Below are positions 40,601 to 55,700 of a stretch of DNA of 64,000 nt, piece by piece. The position numbers and the translations under genes were made by a program. Where the stretch lies: contig CM039009.1 of the NCBI GenBank assembly GCA_017499595.2, positions 372,001-436,000 on the forward strand. Direction: 5' to 3'. This DNA comes from Psilocybe cubensis. Its lineage: Eukaryota. The notes beneath the pieces were generated by a model. The model had not been told where the DNA came from. It did no database searches and saw nothing but the letters and a program-made list of their open reading frames with translations. How positions within the stretch are numbered: the stretch's first letter is position 1; the number at the start of each line of letters is the position of its first letter.

Positions 40601-40989
40601 TGGAGCTATTACAACCAACATACTGACGCCACAAGCTTCAGGAAATGACGACCCTGAGGTTATATCAAACACAATTACTCGTATTGTACGGGATGTTCTT
40701 GAACTTCAGTCATCTGAAAATATAGGTCAGTATCATGTTCTCGTGCATGGGATACTTCTCAGCTTTCTGATATGCTATGATTTCATTCGTTGTTCGCAAT
40801 TGGAAAATAGAGTTGGCAGAGTCACTGTCGTCTTTTGGAATTGACTCCATTTTCTTTGCTCAAATCAAGGGAAGAATCATGATAGACATGCATGTCGAGA
40901 TTCCTGACACTATGCTTTCGGATTCACTCACCATTCGACAACTTATACGCTATGTCGTCGACAATACATCGTCTGCAGGAAATTCTTAA
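34607..40989 (+). CDS. hispS: Hispidin-synthase-like NRPS-PKS hybrid: A-ACP-KS-AT-ACP (about 19 exons, about 1750-1800 aa)
   Basis: A domain with HispS-type signatures (PTVAVVSENHPY, HTSSATSVANLKCV, FRTGD, SGESLDPRPIE, PPLRIAWS, TKKGTLFRK). ACP1 LGMDS. KS DTAC (Cys 37791-37793), ETHGTG and GHTEMAAG. AT GHSLGE and GFHS, then LPTYPFQR. ACP2 FGIDS. All 18 introns read in frame. The symbol denotes homology, not proven activity. Confidence 0.9.
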
Positions 40990-41223
40990 TGCATAGTAAT
41001 CTTTGCACTTGGTAGTAGGTTCAATATTTTCTTTGTGTCAGCCCACTTAACCGGATGATAATCGTTCTTAAGGACGTTGAAAATACGGTAGTAACCGCCA
41101 CTCACACAGACGACTGATTGATCTACTTGGTTTAAACTGTGAACATCAATATCTACGATATGCAAGATGCTGGTATATTGGAATTGCAAGATAAAAAAAA
41201 TAGTGTGAAATGAAAACATAATA

Positions 41224-41260
41224 TACGCCAGGCTTTCCGACTACGCCAGGCTTTCCGACT
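41224..41260 (+). repeat. Perfect 18-bp tandem duplication
   Basis: TACGCCAGGCTTTCCGAC x2, immediately 3' of the P450 stop codon. Confidence 0.9.
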
Positions 41261-43633
41261 CACGACCGCGCTCTATGGAATTTGACCCATAGACCCCCCT
41301 AAGTTACAAAAGAACCAAACCGGGAAGATCAGCACTGGTAGATGTGCTAAAAATAGCCAACTTACCTTTACATAAAGGGTCAGGGCAGCACTTGGCCAAA
41401 TCTGCTCGTACGCTTGGCGCCCTTTGCGGTTTTTCCACTCTAATGGGGGCAACGAGCCCTCAGGTTGAAACTCGGGGCAAAGTGTGAATTTATCGAATTT
41501 CTGTAAGAGTCTGACAAGGAAGTACGACATCTCATTGTACGCGTAATTCTGGCCTATGCACTGTGGATGAAGGGGATAGAGGACCCAAGTTAGTTAACTT
41601 TTTCACCGTATCATAAGATATATCCTTATGATGGAATTAAATATAGGGGGAAACACAAAAGGCAACTTACTATGCGAGGGCCAGCACTGAAGGGCGTGAA
41701 TATCGTGGGGTTTGCGACATAACGTGCCACGCTCTCTGGGTCTATCCATCTCTCCGGCTTGAATTCATCGGCATCAGCGCCCCAGTGAGCAGGGTTTCGC
41801 TGGATTAAGAGGGGAAGGTATAGAATGGTCGTTTTTGCCGGCATATATAACGGGCTTTTGGAATCACCAGACCCAGTCGAGAACGTGCAATCTGATGGAG
41901 GGAGAACACATGATGATGTTCGAGTCTCCCGAACGTTGAGCGGTACTGGAGGAAATAGACGAAGAGTTTCATTTATTACGGCACGCACTGAGCAAAAAAC
42001 ATTAGATAGTTGGATGAGTATCAGTCGTTTTATCAACCATGATGGTACGTACTATATTTCATGCGTTTAATATTGTCGAATGTAGGAGGGGAAGTCGGTC
42101 CACAGTACTCCAGAATTTCGGCACGCATCTTCGTTGCAACATCCGGGTGAATAGCAAGGAAATATGTTAGAAACGTCAAAGCACAGGCGGTCTAGAGCTT
42201 AGTCAGGATTGTTATGTCGGGAGAAACAAAGTAACAAACGGTATCGCGTGAAGCAAGCAGCATGCTGGTAAGTTGATCGCGTATTAGTACTGGATCTACT
42301 CGGGTAAATCAGTAAGTTAAGCTGGTACATGGTCTAGATTTCCTTACCATCGGTGCTATCAGTTAGATGTTGCATGAAATTTTTATCGGTTATGTTGTTC
42401 CTAACCCCAGCCTCACTCTTGTTTGACTCCAAGGCTGAACGTACAAGTGGATCCATCCATGCACGTATCACCTTGCAGTGCTCTTCATTCTTGTCCTTGA
42501 ATAGCTCAAACAGTGGCCAGATCGCTCCAAGCCGTCCACGATGCGTTATGTTTAGCTGTGCCATTTCAAATGCACGAGTGAATGATCCCCAATGGTCCTC
42601 GGTAGCCGAGCCCTTTGGTCCCATAGCCGTTTTCCCCGCGACTGGGAGTGATGCGGATAAAGTATCCAAGTTTTTTCCCATAAGAAACTCTGACGCAGCA
42701 TCCAGGGAGAACCGTCCATAGAGGTCTTGGGCATCACAGGCAGTACCCGATGCTTCCAATGACGATAAGATGGATATAGTCCGTGCACAGTGTCGCTCAA
42801 ATAGCTCGAAATCTGAGAACCGTTCTCTTGAAAAAAAAGGCCTGGTCATGTTGCGATGCTAAACCAGGTTAGCGATTACAAGGATGGGGCTCAAATGACG
42901 GACTAACCATTTTCCATTTCTTCAAGAAGGCAACTCAATTTCTGCGTTCCCGAACAACATAGAAAGCGCGTACCTCGTCATCACGGTTGAATATTCCTTC
43001 ACCAAGAAAAAGTTCCCTGGAGTCCGTTTTTCATCAGAAACATTTCCTTTTCGAACCAGGGGTACTGAGACTGACATTCGCTCTTTCTGCGATATGCCCC
43101 GCCAGAACTGTGAAAAACCCGTTGAGGTGACGTATTTAGCGTGCTCTTGATCCATGGATATGATCTATGACCGCCAACGTCAGCATTCAAACCGCGATTA
43201 TGACGTGTGACTTGGTCGCCATTGGTTTCTAGACCAGATGAGAGAGAACACACACATTATCCCGCCACAGCACTCTAAGGTTTAATGTCGTGCATTGGTA
43301 CTCTTCAAAGAGCTCCAAGTATACATCGAGCACATAGCTATTTTTGAAGGCCTTGACCATCCTGAACAGAACGTCGACATTCCCTGGCCATTTCCCGATG
43401 ACACAGGGGATCGTTTTCGCTCCGATGGCACGAGCCTCTTTTTCCTGTTTTGATTCAGCATAGAGACTCTTCAGCGTTCCCCATAACAAAATGAATCCCA
43501 AGTGCGTTGGAATAGATAGAAGCCCTAGCTGATACCCCAATAGCAACAGCACGCTCGAAAGAACAGAAGCAGGTATCACAAATATCCTAAAGCAGTCCCA
43601 GAGAAGTCTAGCCCGGTAATTAGCGGGGTTCAT
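41260..43633 (-). CDS. Cytochrome P450, CYP63-like (CYP52 clan)
   Basis: N-terminal TM, GKWPGNVD, I-helix LLASRDT|T, ExxR (ETLR), FKPERW, heme motif FSAGPRI|CIG split by an intron. Ends GGLWVKFHRARS*. Confidence 0.9.
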
Positions 43634-46600
43634 GGTGAGGAGAAAGAAAGTGAGCTGAGGGAATCAATCCTAAGCAGATAACAGTAAGAGTCTTTAAACC
43701 CAGACATGCTCGGATACATCCTTGGAGCATGCTGTCGCTGGTTAAAGAATACAATCACGCAACAGCTTTGTTGGCACATCGAGGTCCCAGGCAAATCATC
43801 CACGCCGCGTAAACATCCGCAAGCATCGGCGCGAATCTTGAACCGAGATCCCAACAGATGCCCACATATCCTCAATTATCTCGGAGCGGAACCACTTGCA
43901 CATTCCTTCTACGTAGTCCTCTATTCTCCGCCTCGCACGAATTATGCAGTTTGCATATTGATTTTTGACACAGACCGACTGTCTTTCCAATCAGCGACAA
44001 AGTCGCATAATATACGGCTTCTCCTCAAACGACATCAGGTCGATTACTCATTTGAAAATGGGCTCTCACCACGAGGATCGGAATACCCTTCAAACTCAAG
44101 AGCGCATGTTGTTTGTGGTTTTTGTGATGCTTCGCGGCATTGAGGCTGGGTACAGCAATGATAGAGCTATCCCACAAACTGCCATCGATCATGCTAGTGA
44201 CACTCAAGAAACATTAATATTCCAATAGTATTATTGGAACTCGCTGGTCATTGTCTGACCAACATTCATTGAATCCCGGGATGGCCGCCGGTGGCGCTTG
44301 TCCACCAACATCCGAAATATCTACATAAGGCGCATGAGAGAACTTTAGGTTGCTTTCTATTCAAATGAAACAAGAGATGTGAAGATAATATCCTAATGTT
44401 ATCATTGATTCAGAACACAAGATATAGAATTGCCTCCCGATGCGGATACTCCTTGTAGCGGAAATAGGGAGCAGCTTTACCTCTGGAGTACCTTATGGCA
44501 CGAGACTTATCTCGAATCCGCCTTATTTTCGTCTATACGGCGGCACGATAGTCTAATGATATGACGGGTGGACAGTGCAGGTCCCAGAGACCAACAAAAG
44601 ACTACTTCAACTACTATTGATCATGCTTCAGTAGGATCAATGTTCTTTACGTAGGGAATCCTGATAGTCTCATTGAAGTACACCGCCCTTGCTGGTGCTA
44701 TATCCGGCATTTTCACCCGCCTCCCAGGCGCCCAACGTCATGGTATGGGAACTGGTTTATTCTCCCATCTTGGACCTTTTTTCCTGTAGCCGCGGATATG
44801 ACGGCCCGTACACCGATTCAATCATGTCGGTGGGTTGAGTGTCGGCAAAGGCGTTCTGAGTTCAACTGAGTTTCTGATACGATTTAATTGAGAATCGGGG
44901 AATAAATGCCTTAGGACAGATATCCAATAGTCTGATGGAATATCAATAAACATTTACAGGGATAGAATGGCGTACAATGGACTTTTGGTCACCTGGTAGG
45001 CAAAATTCGAACGTCCTCTTCGAAGACTTATGGGCGCTCGGAATCGGTGTTAATATACAACCTATTGGTGTTCCCCACATCTCCAATTAAACATGTCCGC
45101 CGTACAGTCGGCGGATAAAATTTCCATTGATAATAGTCATCTATGTAATTATTATGACAACGTTAATTTTGGAGGCAACTTAAGTGTGCCTGTGTGTTGA
45201 TTCAAATGGGCGCTTGTGATACTCGTGGCCTATTTTGTGGTCGCCGGGAGATTTTGTATTGTGGCATTTATTGTCAATTTTCACCGACGAAGTGGCAGAG
45301 AATGGTTTTCCTGACATACTTTAATTCAATCTAATTCATTCTTCTGGAACATTACTTGAAGGTTTGAGAATTATGATTGAGAGGGTACCTGTAGGCTCCA
45401 GTATGTGATGTTTCTACCTACATTATTGCGAATGTTTGTGAATGCTTGAGTTTCTTAAGATATCGAGTATATAGGACCTTGGAGTTCCCTGATGGATGAT
45501 TCAATCAGCCTCAATTATGCAGAATGCGAGAAATAGCACCCAATGGGATTTTTCTACCCTCCATGTGAAAGGTCTTAGGGTATCGATTCCATTCGCCGTT
45601 GCTCCCGGCCTTTCCTTTAATTATTTTACATCGCTCGCTCTTTTGCGTAATGCCTCAGAAGAAAGAACCAGAATACCAAGAGATGCAATAGACGGAGACC
45701 TATAGCTGGTTCATTGATTGAAAGTCCTGCGGACACAGGCGCCACGCCATGAAGACGTAGTTGTTCCCATCGGGGCACGATGAGAAATCCGGTGCGTGGT
45801 AGTTTTTCTGTTACGCTACGGTGTCTGCCCAGTGCCCAATCCCATGTTATATGCACACGGATGATCCAAAGACTCAAGCATACTCTTTACGTTGCTTAAT
45901 CTACGAGATCGTTCTTTGGTACACCTACTTCAAAGGGGTAGTAGTAGATGAATCAGGTCCTAAGATGTGAGGAAGAGACAAGGTTGCAAATGGCGGTCTA
46001 GCCTCAGGGAATCTTTCTTATCTCCTGCCTCTGACATCGCCCATATTTTTGGTTTAGAATGGGTTCTCAAGACTCACAAAAGGACGCAGCTCGTAACAAT
46101 CAAGTTGCGCCGAATACTGATTTCAATACCAAGTAGTTTGGGAATCTATTCATTGGGCCACGGCTATGGTCACGGTAGGTCAGACTTTAGTCTTAAATTA
46201 ACACAGAAGCCTACGGCAAGACTCACACTATGTATACATATGTGTTAGAGTTTGTAAGAATAGCCAGGACTTTCCCTTTGTCGGCACTGTGGACATATCA
46301 CAGAGGTCGGCGAATGCATAGCTGCGGCAGCGGCAATGTGCCGTAAATAACATTACCGTTCATTTACAAAGTTCTTCTTGGCAGAAGCCGTGAGCTTCTG
46401 CTTGGAGCTGAAAGCAAGTCATGATGATCATTGACAAAGTAGCCCAGTCTACCGGTGAAAGAGGTTATGCTTTGCGGTGTCTCCTGGCGCAGTCTTTTTG
46501 ACATCTCGTGCCTCTCTATTGCTGTCAACCAGTTGAGCTGTAGCTCAGGTACTGCCAATAATATGAACGTTCTGTTCATGCCGCGTAGCACGGAAGAGGG

Positions 46601-47099
46601 CTCGGTATTGACTGTATGGAAATCTCCTAGACTCGTTCGATTCGGATTATCAAATGTCGTTTGGAGATGAATCGATGATTTTGGCGCCGGTGTGTTGGTG
46701 ACATGGTCGTCTGAGTCGGTAGGATAAGGTACCGCGCTGATTTAGATTATGCGTGCCCAATGTTAATGACAGGGCAATGATTTGGTACAAATAAGGTGGA
46801 GGATCAATATTACGATTGAGATGATTGGGATCGGAAAGTCGGGTGAACAGAATGGTCAAATTTCAGTTTTTGACCCTTTGATTTATCTTGTGATCGGCAT
46901 TTGAGTTTACCGTCTATGATGTGTTCACCTTGAACAAGTTGTGGAAGCTAGACCAGCTGGTACATACACAATTCTGGCAGACAGTCCTGCTCACAAGAAC
47001 CTTGGCAACTCGATCACCAGAAAAATGTAAACGTAAAGCCAAAAGAAAGAATTGTCTCTGGCTCAATGTCGCTAGACCACTGATTTAATAATGGTCATC

Positions 47100-47808
47100 C
47101 TAAGGCGAGAGTGCCGAGTCAGACTTCGTGTTGGACGATCCTTCCAAAGCCGCAAGCTGATCCACGAGATCATCCATAACAGACCGCGTCGGTGGTGGCG
47201 GTGGTGGTGGCACTTGCATCTTACCTCCACCACTCACATTAGCGTGTGCTTCGTCATATCCATATCCATGATGCGCATTTGTTGACGATGATGTTCCACC
47301 TTTTGGTGTCGGAACGAGAAGGCTTCCGTGAGGTTCGAACCCAGGGGCGATTCGGCGGAGGGCCTCGCGCTTTCTGCGCTCTTTCTCTTCTTCGCGCGAG
47401 CGGAGATATGCCTCGCGGCGCGCAGCGTGTGCAGCGAGCGTTGTCCGGCGCGATGATTCGATGGTTACGGTGTGTGGTTCTAGGGTGAATGGATAGACGA
47501 ACTGAATCAATTTCATTTGTGATTGTGCGATCAGAATGACATCCAGGTAGCAACCATGTTGAGTTTGAGTACTTACGTAGTCGTTTACAGACTCTGGGAG
47601 AGGGTGTATGTCTGGTGGAAGATCAACCTAAGCTGCACTGAGCAGGTGTTACACTTTTTGACTGAGAAAATTCAAGCATACAGGTCTCGGAACCCTGAGG
47701 CTGGGTGATTTAATCAAGGGTATCGAAGCTGCAGCTGCGTAGGGCGCTAATAATCTTTCATAGGTGATCACCCTTGGGTAAATTAAGTATCAGCTTACAT
47801 TGAGTCAT
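47100..47808 (-). CDS. Small hypothetical protein (4 exons)
   Basis: Spliced frame MTQSPYAAAASIPLIKSPSLRVPRP|VDLPPDIHPLPESVNDY|FVYPFTLEPH...KREALRRIAPGFEP...MDDLVDQLAALE. First exon is 10 nt. Confidence 0.75.
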
Positions 47809-48036
47809 TATACTGACTGCTATAAAACTGAGAAGATTTAGAAAGGTTGGGAAGAAATCAATAGAAAATGATGGTGGTGGTGTGAAGACAAGCCCCTGAG
47901 TACACCGTGGAAAAGGTCACGGAAGTTAAAATAAATAAAACCAAACATCACACAGATTGTTTGAAATACATTCCAAATCTCACTCAACGACGACCGCTGC
48001 TTCAACTAGCATTCTGACGATTTCAAGTTCGGAAGA

Positions 48037-49054
<1,018 letters not shown>

Positions 49055-49736
49055 AATTCTTTATCATAGATACCGAATTTTTCGTTTGCGTGGTCCTGTA
49101 CTTACCCGTTTGCAAGTGCCATGCAAAAAGAGATTGGCATATTATTGGAAGATGAAGCGAGTGGTGTGTAGATACTAGAGAAGTCATTTGGTTTGAGCGG
49201 AGAATCCTCCAGCTTGTTCAGAGTGTTTTGAGTGATTGCCGACTTCTTTTGGGAAGCTCTAAAAAGTTGAAATAACCAGTCAATTCTGGGACCCAGGATT
49301 CGAGTCGCCATGGTCCATCATACGACATACAAAATGGGGTATTCTCGAACTCTCCAACCATTGCAAGGTTACGCTGACACGTAGCCAACCAGCCATACAT
49401 GGTTCTGAAAGCCTCTGCTACCCCAGATACGGATCACCCATTCTCCATCAAAATCACGTTCAAAAGACTTTGCGTCCGAGATTTACTGGGGGAAAGCAAA
49501 TATAAAATCATCACAAATCATGTATAATGCCTGTCTTTTTCGTTGCATCAAATAGAGTAGATATGTAGGTGTAAACCTCTATTTTTTACGCCTGGGTACT
49601 ATGTACGTACAAGTTGAGAGTATAAATTTGGTGGCGTTGCCAAGGATCAAATATTTCTCAGCAACACTCGGCAACAATTTCTGGACTGCCGTTTTTGCCA
49701 TCGACAGCGTTGACCACGCGCAATCTCTTCCATGTT

Positions 49737-52700
49737 ATGGAAAACAATCACGAAAATTACCTGCATCATCATAGAGCTACGACCACCTCTGCAATAGACT
49801 TGTCAGTAGGTTTCTCAGCACCCAATTCGCCCGCGCTTGAGCCATCGGACTCGACACTTGCACGACGAAGGAGCTGGGGAAATAGGTTAAGGGAATCTGG
49901 CAGAACCAACAACCTGAGCCCGGACCCGCTTTATCTTGATCTGGATTCAATACAAACGTCGCCGCGCCGGTTGGCGACGACGACAACGACGATTCAGAGC
50001 GGCTCGATGTCGCAGCAAACGCAGGACCGAGACCCCTTTTACGTGCCAAGTGACGAGCGCACTCATCCGTATGCTATCGATTCGACTCGACAGTATACAC
50101 CTCGGGTGCCATCGCACACTTACAGCGACGATTCCTATACGAATCAAATAGCTGGGCCGTCGACGACGTCTCTCGTGCCATCAGGGAGGGGCCACTTTGA
50201 ACATGAGATGGACGATGGGCATAGGGAGGACGACGAAGCTCATTTGACGGCGAACATGTCGCATAGTGGTATGGGGGATCATGGTTCCGAGGGATACAGC
50301 TCGAACGACCCAGAAAACGAGGGTGGTCAGACGCCCCGGTCCCGAAGGCGGACACTGCGATATAGCGTGTCGCCTTCACCGTTGAAGAAGACGGAAACAG
50401 CTATCAAGTCGGTGTCGAAGAACCTGCGGAGAATGTCGTTGCGCGTCGTGAATCTGGCGAATACGGGCTTGGAGGGGCAGCTCAGGCTCGGGGATAATGA
50501 CCAGGACAAAGATAAAAAGCTACAGGATGACGAAGACGACGATGAGCCTCCAATGCCAGACTTGAAGCAGGTTCTACCAATTCGCGGTCGGACACTGGGA
50601 TTCTTGGGACCGGACAGCCGCGTTCGCCTGGCACTATTTAGATTTCTCGTTCATCCGTGCGTTTCCTACGAAACTTTGAAACCGTATGCGACTAATGAAT
50701 ATCTTGCAGTCTAACTGAACCTATGATTCTGATATTAATCGTGTTAAACGCTGCTGTATTAACCGCCCAGGCCTTCCCTTCTCTGACGCTTCCAACTGCA
50801 AACGGCCCAGCGCTTCCACCCATTGTAAAAGGCTACTTTCATTCTTGGACGGACTATGTTCTATTTGTACTCTTTATTGTATTTACGTGCGTCTTTTTTG
50901 TCCCTCATCTTCCAGTCATTGACCAGTATCCACAGGCTAGAAGCTGTTGCTCGCATATGTGTTACTGGATTCTTGTTCGACCCCGAAGTGTCGATGTTCA
51001 CGCTCTTTTCTTCTCCGACAGCACAATCAGAACCATATACCCCAGCACCTGTGCCTACACCAGGCATGGCGCGACCTACAACATTAACGCGTGGCCCATC
51101 TTTTTCGCAACGTCTTTCACGCCTTCAAAAGCGGATTTTCCGCCCCTTTGCGCTCAGTGCACCCCCACCCGCTTCAGTATATCCAATGACCTCGACAGCT
51201 CATGCAACTAGCAATCCTTACCGGGACAACTTAACAAACGGGCGCGCCAACGGTACTGCGGGCGCTGGAATGCATTCCACCCAACGACCGCCCAACACCA
51301 GCTTCCCGCCAGAGAATCATGAACCTACCATACTCTCGATGGCTATGCGCTCGGAGAACAGCGCGAACCACCCGGATTCTATCGCACTTCCTTTCCGGTT
51401 GAGCATTGGTCATCTGCACGATAAAACATCGCGTAATGTGCCTTATCTCAGGCAAAGCTGGAGCAGGATTGATTTTATTGCAATCATTAGCTTTTGGATA
51501 ACATTCGCTTTGGCAATTACGGGCGCCGAGAAGGGTAAATACCACATTGGGGTGTTCAGGGCGATGAGTGTGATCAGAACTGCGAGACTCTTGACGATTA
51601 CTTCAGGTACCACTGTGAGTCTTTTCTACTATACTGTGCTTTGAAAATGTGCTCAATCGATTCCTTAGACTATAATGCATTCATTAAAGACCGCCAGACC
51701 TCTCTTGACGAGCGTGGCTTATTTTGTGCTATTCGCTATGGTCCTATTTTCGTACGTGATCTATATTTATATGTCCATTCGCCTCTAATTATCTCGCAGA
51801 ATTATTGGAGTGCAATCTTTTAACGGTTCTTTGCGACGCACCTGTGTCATTAGCCCAACTCTCGGAGAAGGACCACACCTGCGAGACGGCCAATTTTGCG
51901 GCGGATACATCGACCCTGTGACATTAAATGCGACAGGGTACCTTCAACAAGATAATTCTACGACGACGAGCCCGAAAGGTTACATATGCCCTCTTGGCCA
52001 AGTCTGCATGGTATTTAGATTCTTTATATCATTAATTATTCCATATTCAAATCTGCCATTGCGCAGGAAATCTCTAACCCAAAAATGGGCATTGAAAGTT
52101 TCGATGCGATATACTATTCAGCACTTCAAGTTATTATCGTTGCCACCGCCAATGGCGTAAGTTTCCGCAACTTTGTTGTATAATTTGTCCCCATCTGACC
52201 AAATTTCTATCTAGTGGACTCCTTTAATGTACTCAATGATAGATGCTGAATTCTTTGTCTCGTGTTTTTTCTTCATTATTGCTGTCGTTGTTCTCAACTT
52301 CTGGCTCATCAACTTATTTGTCGCCGTCATTACCAATACCTTCGCTGCTATCAGGTCCGAAACGAAGAAAAGTGCATTCGGAGCTGCTCCGTAAGTGTAG
52401 AAGTGGTTTATTTACCCGTACATTGGCTGAACCTTAAGTTGCCCCCAGACTCATCGCCATCGATAAGGAGAAAGATGACGGATGGGCCATTGTGGATGGA
52501 CGTAAAGCAGTTACAAGATCTAACCCAGCGAGGACCATATATGCCTACACAAAATGGTGCTGGATCATTCTCGCACTCACTGAACTTGTCCTTCAAGCCA
52601 CACGAACTGTCAACGTCTCGCCAATGCACGAAACGTTGATGTTTTATGGTGAAATCGCTATCACCATTGCTTTTGATTTTGAAATTGGTCTTAGAGTCCT

Positions 52701-55700
52701 CGCAACGTTACCGGATTGGAGATCATTTTTTAGACACGGGAATAACTGGCTTGACTCAATTTTTGCCATTGTATCAACAATCATACAAATTCCTGTCATT
52801 CGGCACTCGGCAGTATACCCTTGGTTTACGATCTTCCAGTTGGCAAGGTTCTATCGTGTGATTTTGGTCGTTCCACGCATGAAGCCATTGCTGGTATGAT
52901 TTGTTGCATCTTTTATCCTTCAAGAGTGTCACTCATGTATAATCAATGTCGTAGATGGCGGTGTTCGGTAACATGTACGGTCTTTCGAACATGGCATTGT
53001 TCCTAGTCATCATCAACTATATCGCCGCTTTGGTGGCCGCCCAATTTCTTCGAGGCGATTTTGGAGATGATGTCACTATAAACTTTGGCGAGATTTTCAA
53101 TTCCTTTTTGGCAATGTATCAGGTTTTCTCCTCGGAGAATTGGGTCGACGTTTTGTATGGTGCTGGGATGGCGGAAATGCCTCTTGGGCAGACGGTCATC
53201 GCCCTGATATTCATTTCCGCGTGGATGTTATTTGCAAACTGTGAGTTGTTTTTTGGGTATATTCCTCGGTTCTATCTCTGAATTCCAGTTGTTTCCAGTT
53301 ATTGTTCTCCAAATGTTCATTGCCGTGATCAACGAAAATTTTGAAGTTGCAGAGGAACAGAAGAAGGGGAAACAAGCATCAAACTACTACAGTCAACACA
53401 AAGCTCGACACGGCACAGTCACTTGGCTTAGGCGTTTGAATCCTTACCGATTTGTAAAAGCTAACCCTGAAACAGCCAAAGTGTCGAACTTGCCCTCGAA
53501 CCTCGTTTTGCCTATGCAGAAGACACTGGTGCAAGATTACGCCATCTCTAGAGTTGACTCGAGGACCACAACGGCACCTGTTGTAAGAACTCCTGATTTT
53601 CGTCGTATGTCACCCGTGTTAACATAATTACAGCAAAAATCAGTTCGGAAACGTCGCTTTATGAAGCCTCAACATTACTCGTCGAAATCATTGACTGCAT
53701 TGCAACAGTTATTTGCAGGCGAAGCTAAAATGCAAGATATTCCTATGAATACTTTACATCGCCGACAAGAACCAAGTGCGGATCCTTTTGATGAGGAAAT
53801 GGACCGGCACCTGTAAGTTCTATTATTTATTTTTGTCGAGTACTTTGTAGCGATAATGTATCTCCAGGGAGCTTTTGGCTTCTGTCAACCCGACGGTCGG
53901 CCTTGCAGAAGCTGCAGACGACGAATACCACGAAAGACGGGCTCAGAAGGCTGACTTCATCCGCGACCATCCGTCATATGACAAAGTATTTTGGGTCATC
54001 GGCCAGAAGAATTGGTTGCGCAAACTCTGTCAAAAGGTCGTCCAGCCAGCCAGAGGAGAGCGAATTTTTGGCACACCACCGTCTCCAGTTGCACATCCTA
54101 TTTTCCAACTGGTATTGCTTCTAACTGTCATTGGGGGCATTGTCGTTGAAGGCATCGCTACACCCGCATACCGTCGTCATTATTTTCAGCAATTCGGACT
54201 GATTCGTGGGGCATGGTTCGAAATCGCAGAAGCGGCATTTGGATTCTCCCTTTTTGTCGAATTCATGATCAAAATCATCGCCGATGGGTTCGTTTTCACC
54301 CCAAACGGCTACCTTCTAAGTATATGGAACTGCTTGGATTTTGTGATCATGATTGGGATTATCATCAACGTCACGACTGGTTTGATATTCATCGGTGGAC
54401 TTAGTCGATTTACACGGTCTTTGAAAGCTCTCAGGGCACTCAGGCTTATCACGCTCATCGACAAGATGAGAAACACGTTCCAGACTCTCATCATCTCTGG
54501 AGCAAGCCGGATCTTGGATGCTGCTGTTTTGGCAATCCTATACATGATTCCCTACGCTGTCTGGGGTCTCAATATCTTCAACGGTCGAATGAACCTTTGC
54601 AATGACGGCGATGCCAATGGTGTAGAGGATTGTATTGGAGAGTATGTCAATACTGTTTACGACGATGCTTTTGGCTTCCCTGTTCCTCGGTCCTGGGACA
54701 ATCCATCACCATCCACCACATTTAGCTTCGACTCATTCCGCTCTTCGTTGCTCATTCTCTTCGAGATCGTGTCTCTGGAAGGTTGGATTGATGTTATGGG
54801 TGTTGCGACCAGTATTACTGGGCCGGGACAGCAACCAAGGACCAATGCGTCACAGGCGAATGCCATCTTCTTCGTTATCTATAACCTCATGGGTGGTGTT
54901 GTGATCTTGACACTCTTCATTAGGTAAAGCATGAACATGTTATGTTACAATGGGAAGCAGTTGGCTAACACACAAGTTTAGTATTATCATAGGGAATTTC
55001 AGTTCGAAAACTGGTACTGCTCTTTTGACGAAAGCCCAGCGCGAGTGGATCGACTTGCAGAAATTGTTCAAGAGGCAGAAGCCGTCCAAGCGTCCAAAGG
55101 TTCGACCCACAGGTCGCATAAGGAAATGGTGCTTTGATCGTGCCGTTCACAAGCATGGATGGTGGTCTAGAGCAACTACATTGTTGTTCGTTCTTCACAT
55201 TATCGCGTTGATGTATGCCATATCCAGCCTTCCTTTAAACTTTCATCTAGGCTAATTGCATTTTCAGGACACAATCATTCTCTACAACCGCCAACTTGGC
55301 AGAAACCTTCCGAAGTACGTTGGGGGGCTCTTTCATTTACGGTCTCCTTGAAGCTGATATCGTTATTCATAGACGACTTCTTCCTTGCTCTCATGTTCAT
55401 TTTTCTTGTGGATGTCTTCATTCGGTGGTTTGGCCTCGGATGGCGAAGCTTCCGTGCGAACGGCTGGAATCTTTTTGATATGGTAGTTGCCAGCGGAAGC
55501 TTTATAACCACCCTTATTGTCCGCTTCGGTCACAGCGGGTACGGCACACAACAACTACAAAAGTTGTTTTTGGTCAGCATCGCATTCAAGCTCGTGCAAC
55601 GTACCAACAGCTTGAATATGCTCTTCAAGACCGCGGTGTAAGCTTAACAACCCGTTACCTCGTCTCAATGGGGCAATGACTGACTGACTGACGAACCGCT

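Noticed and set aside
44220-44239. Hairpin TTCCAATA-GTAT-TATTGGAA
   Set aside because: Isolated AT-rich 8-bp stem, within chance expectation.
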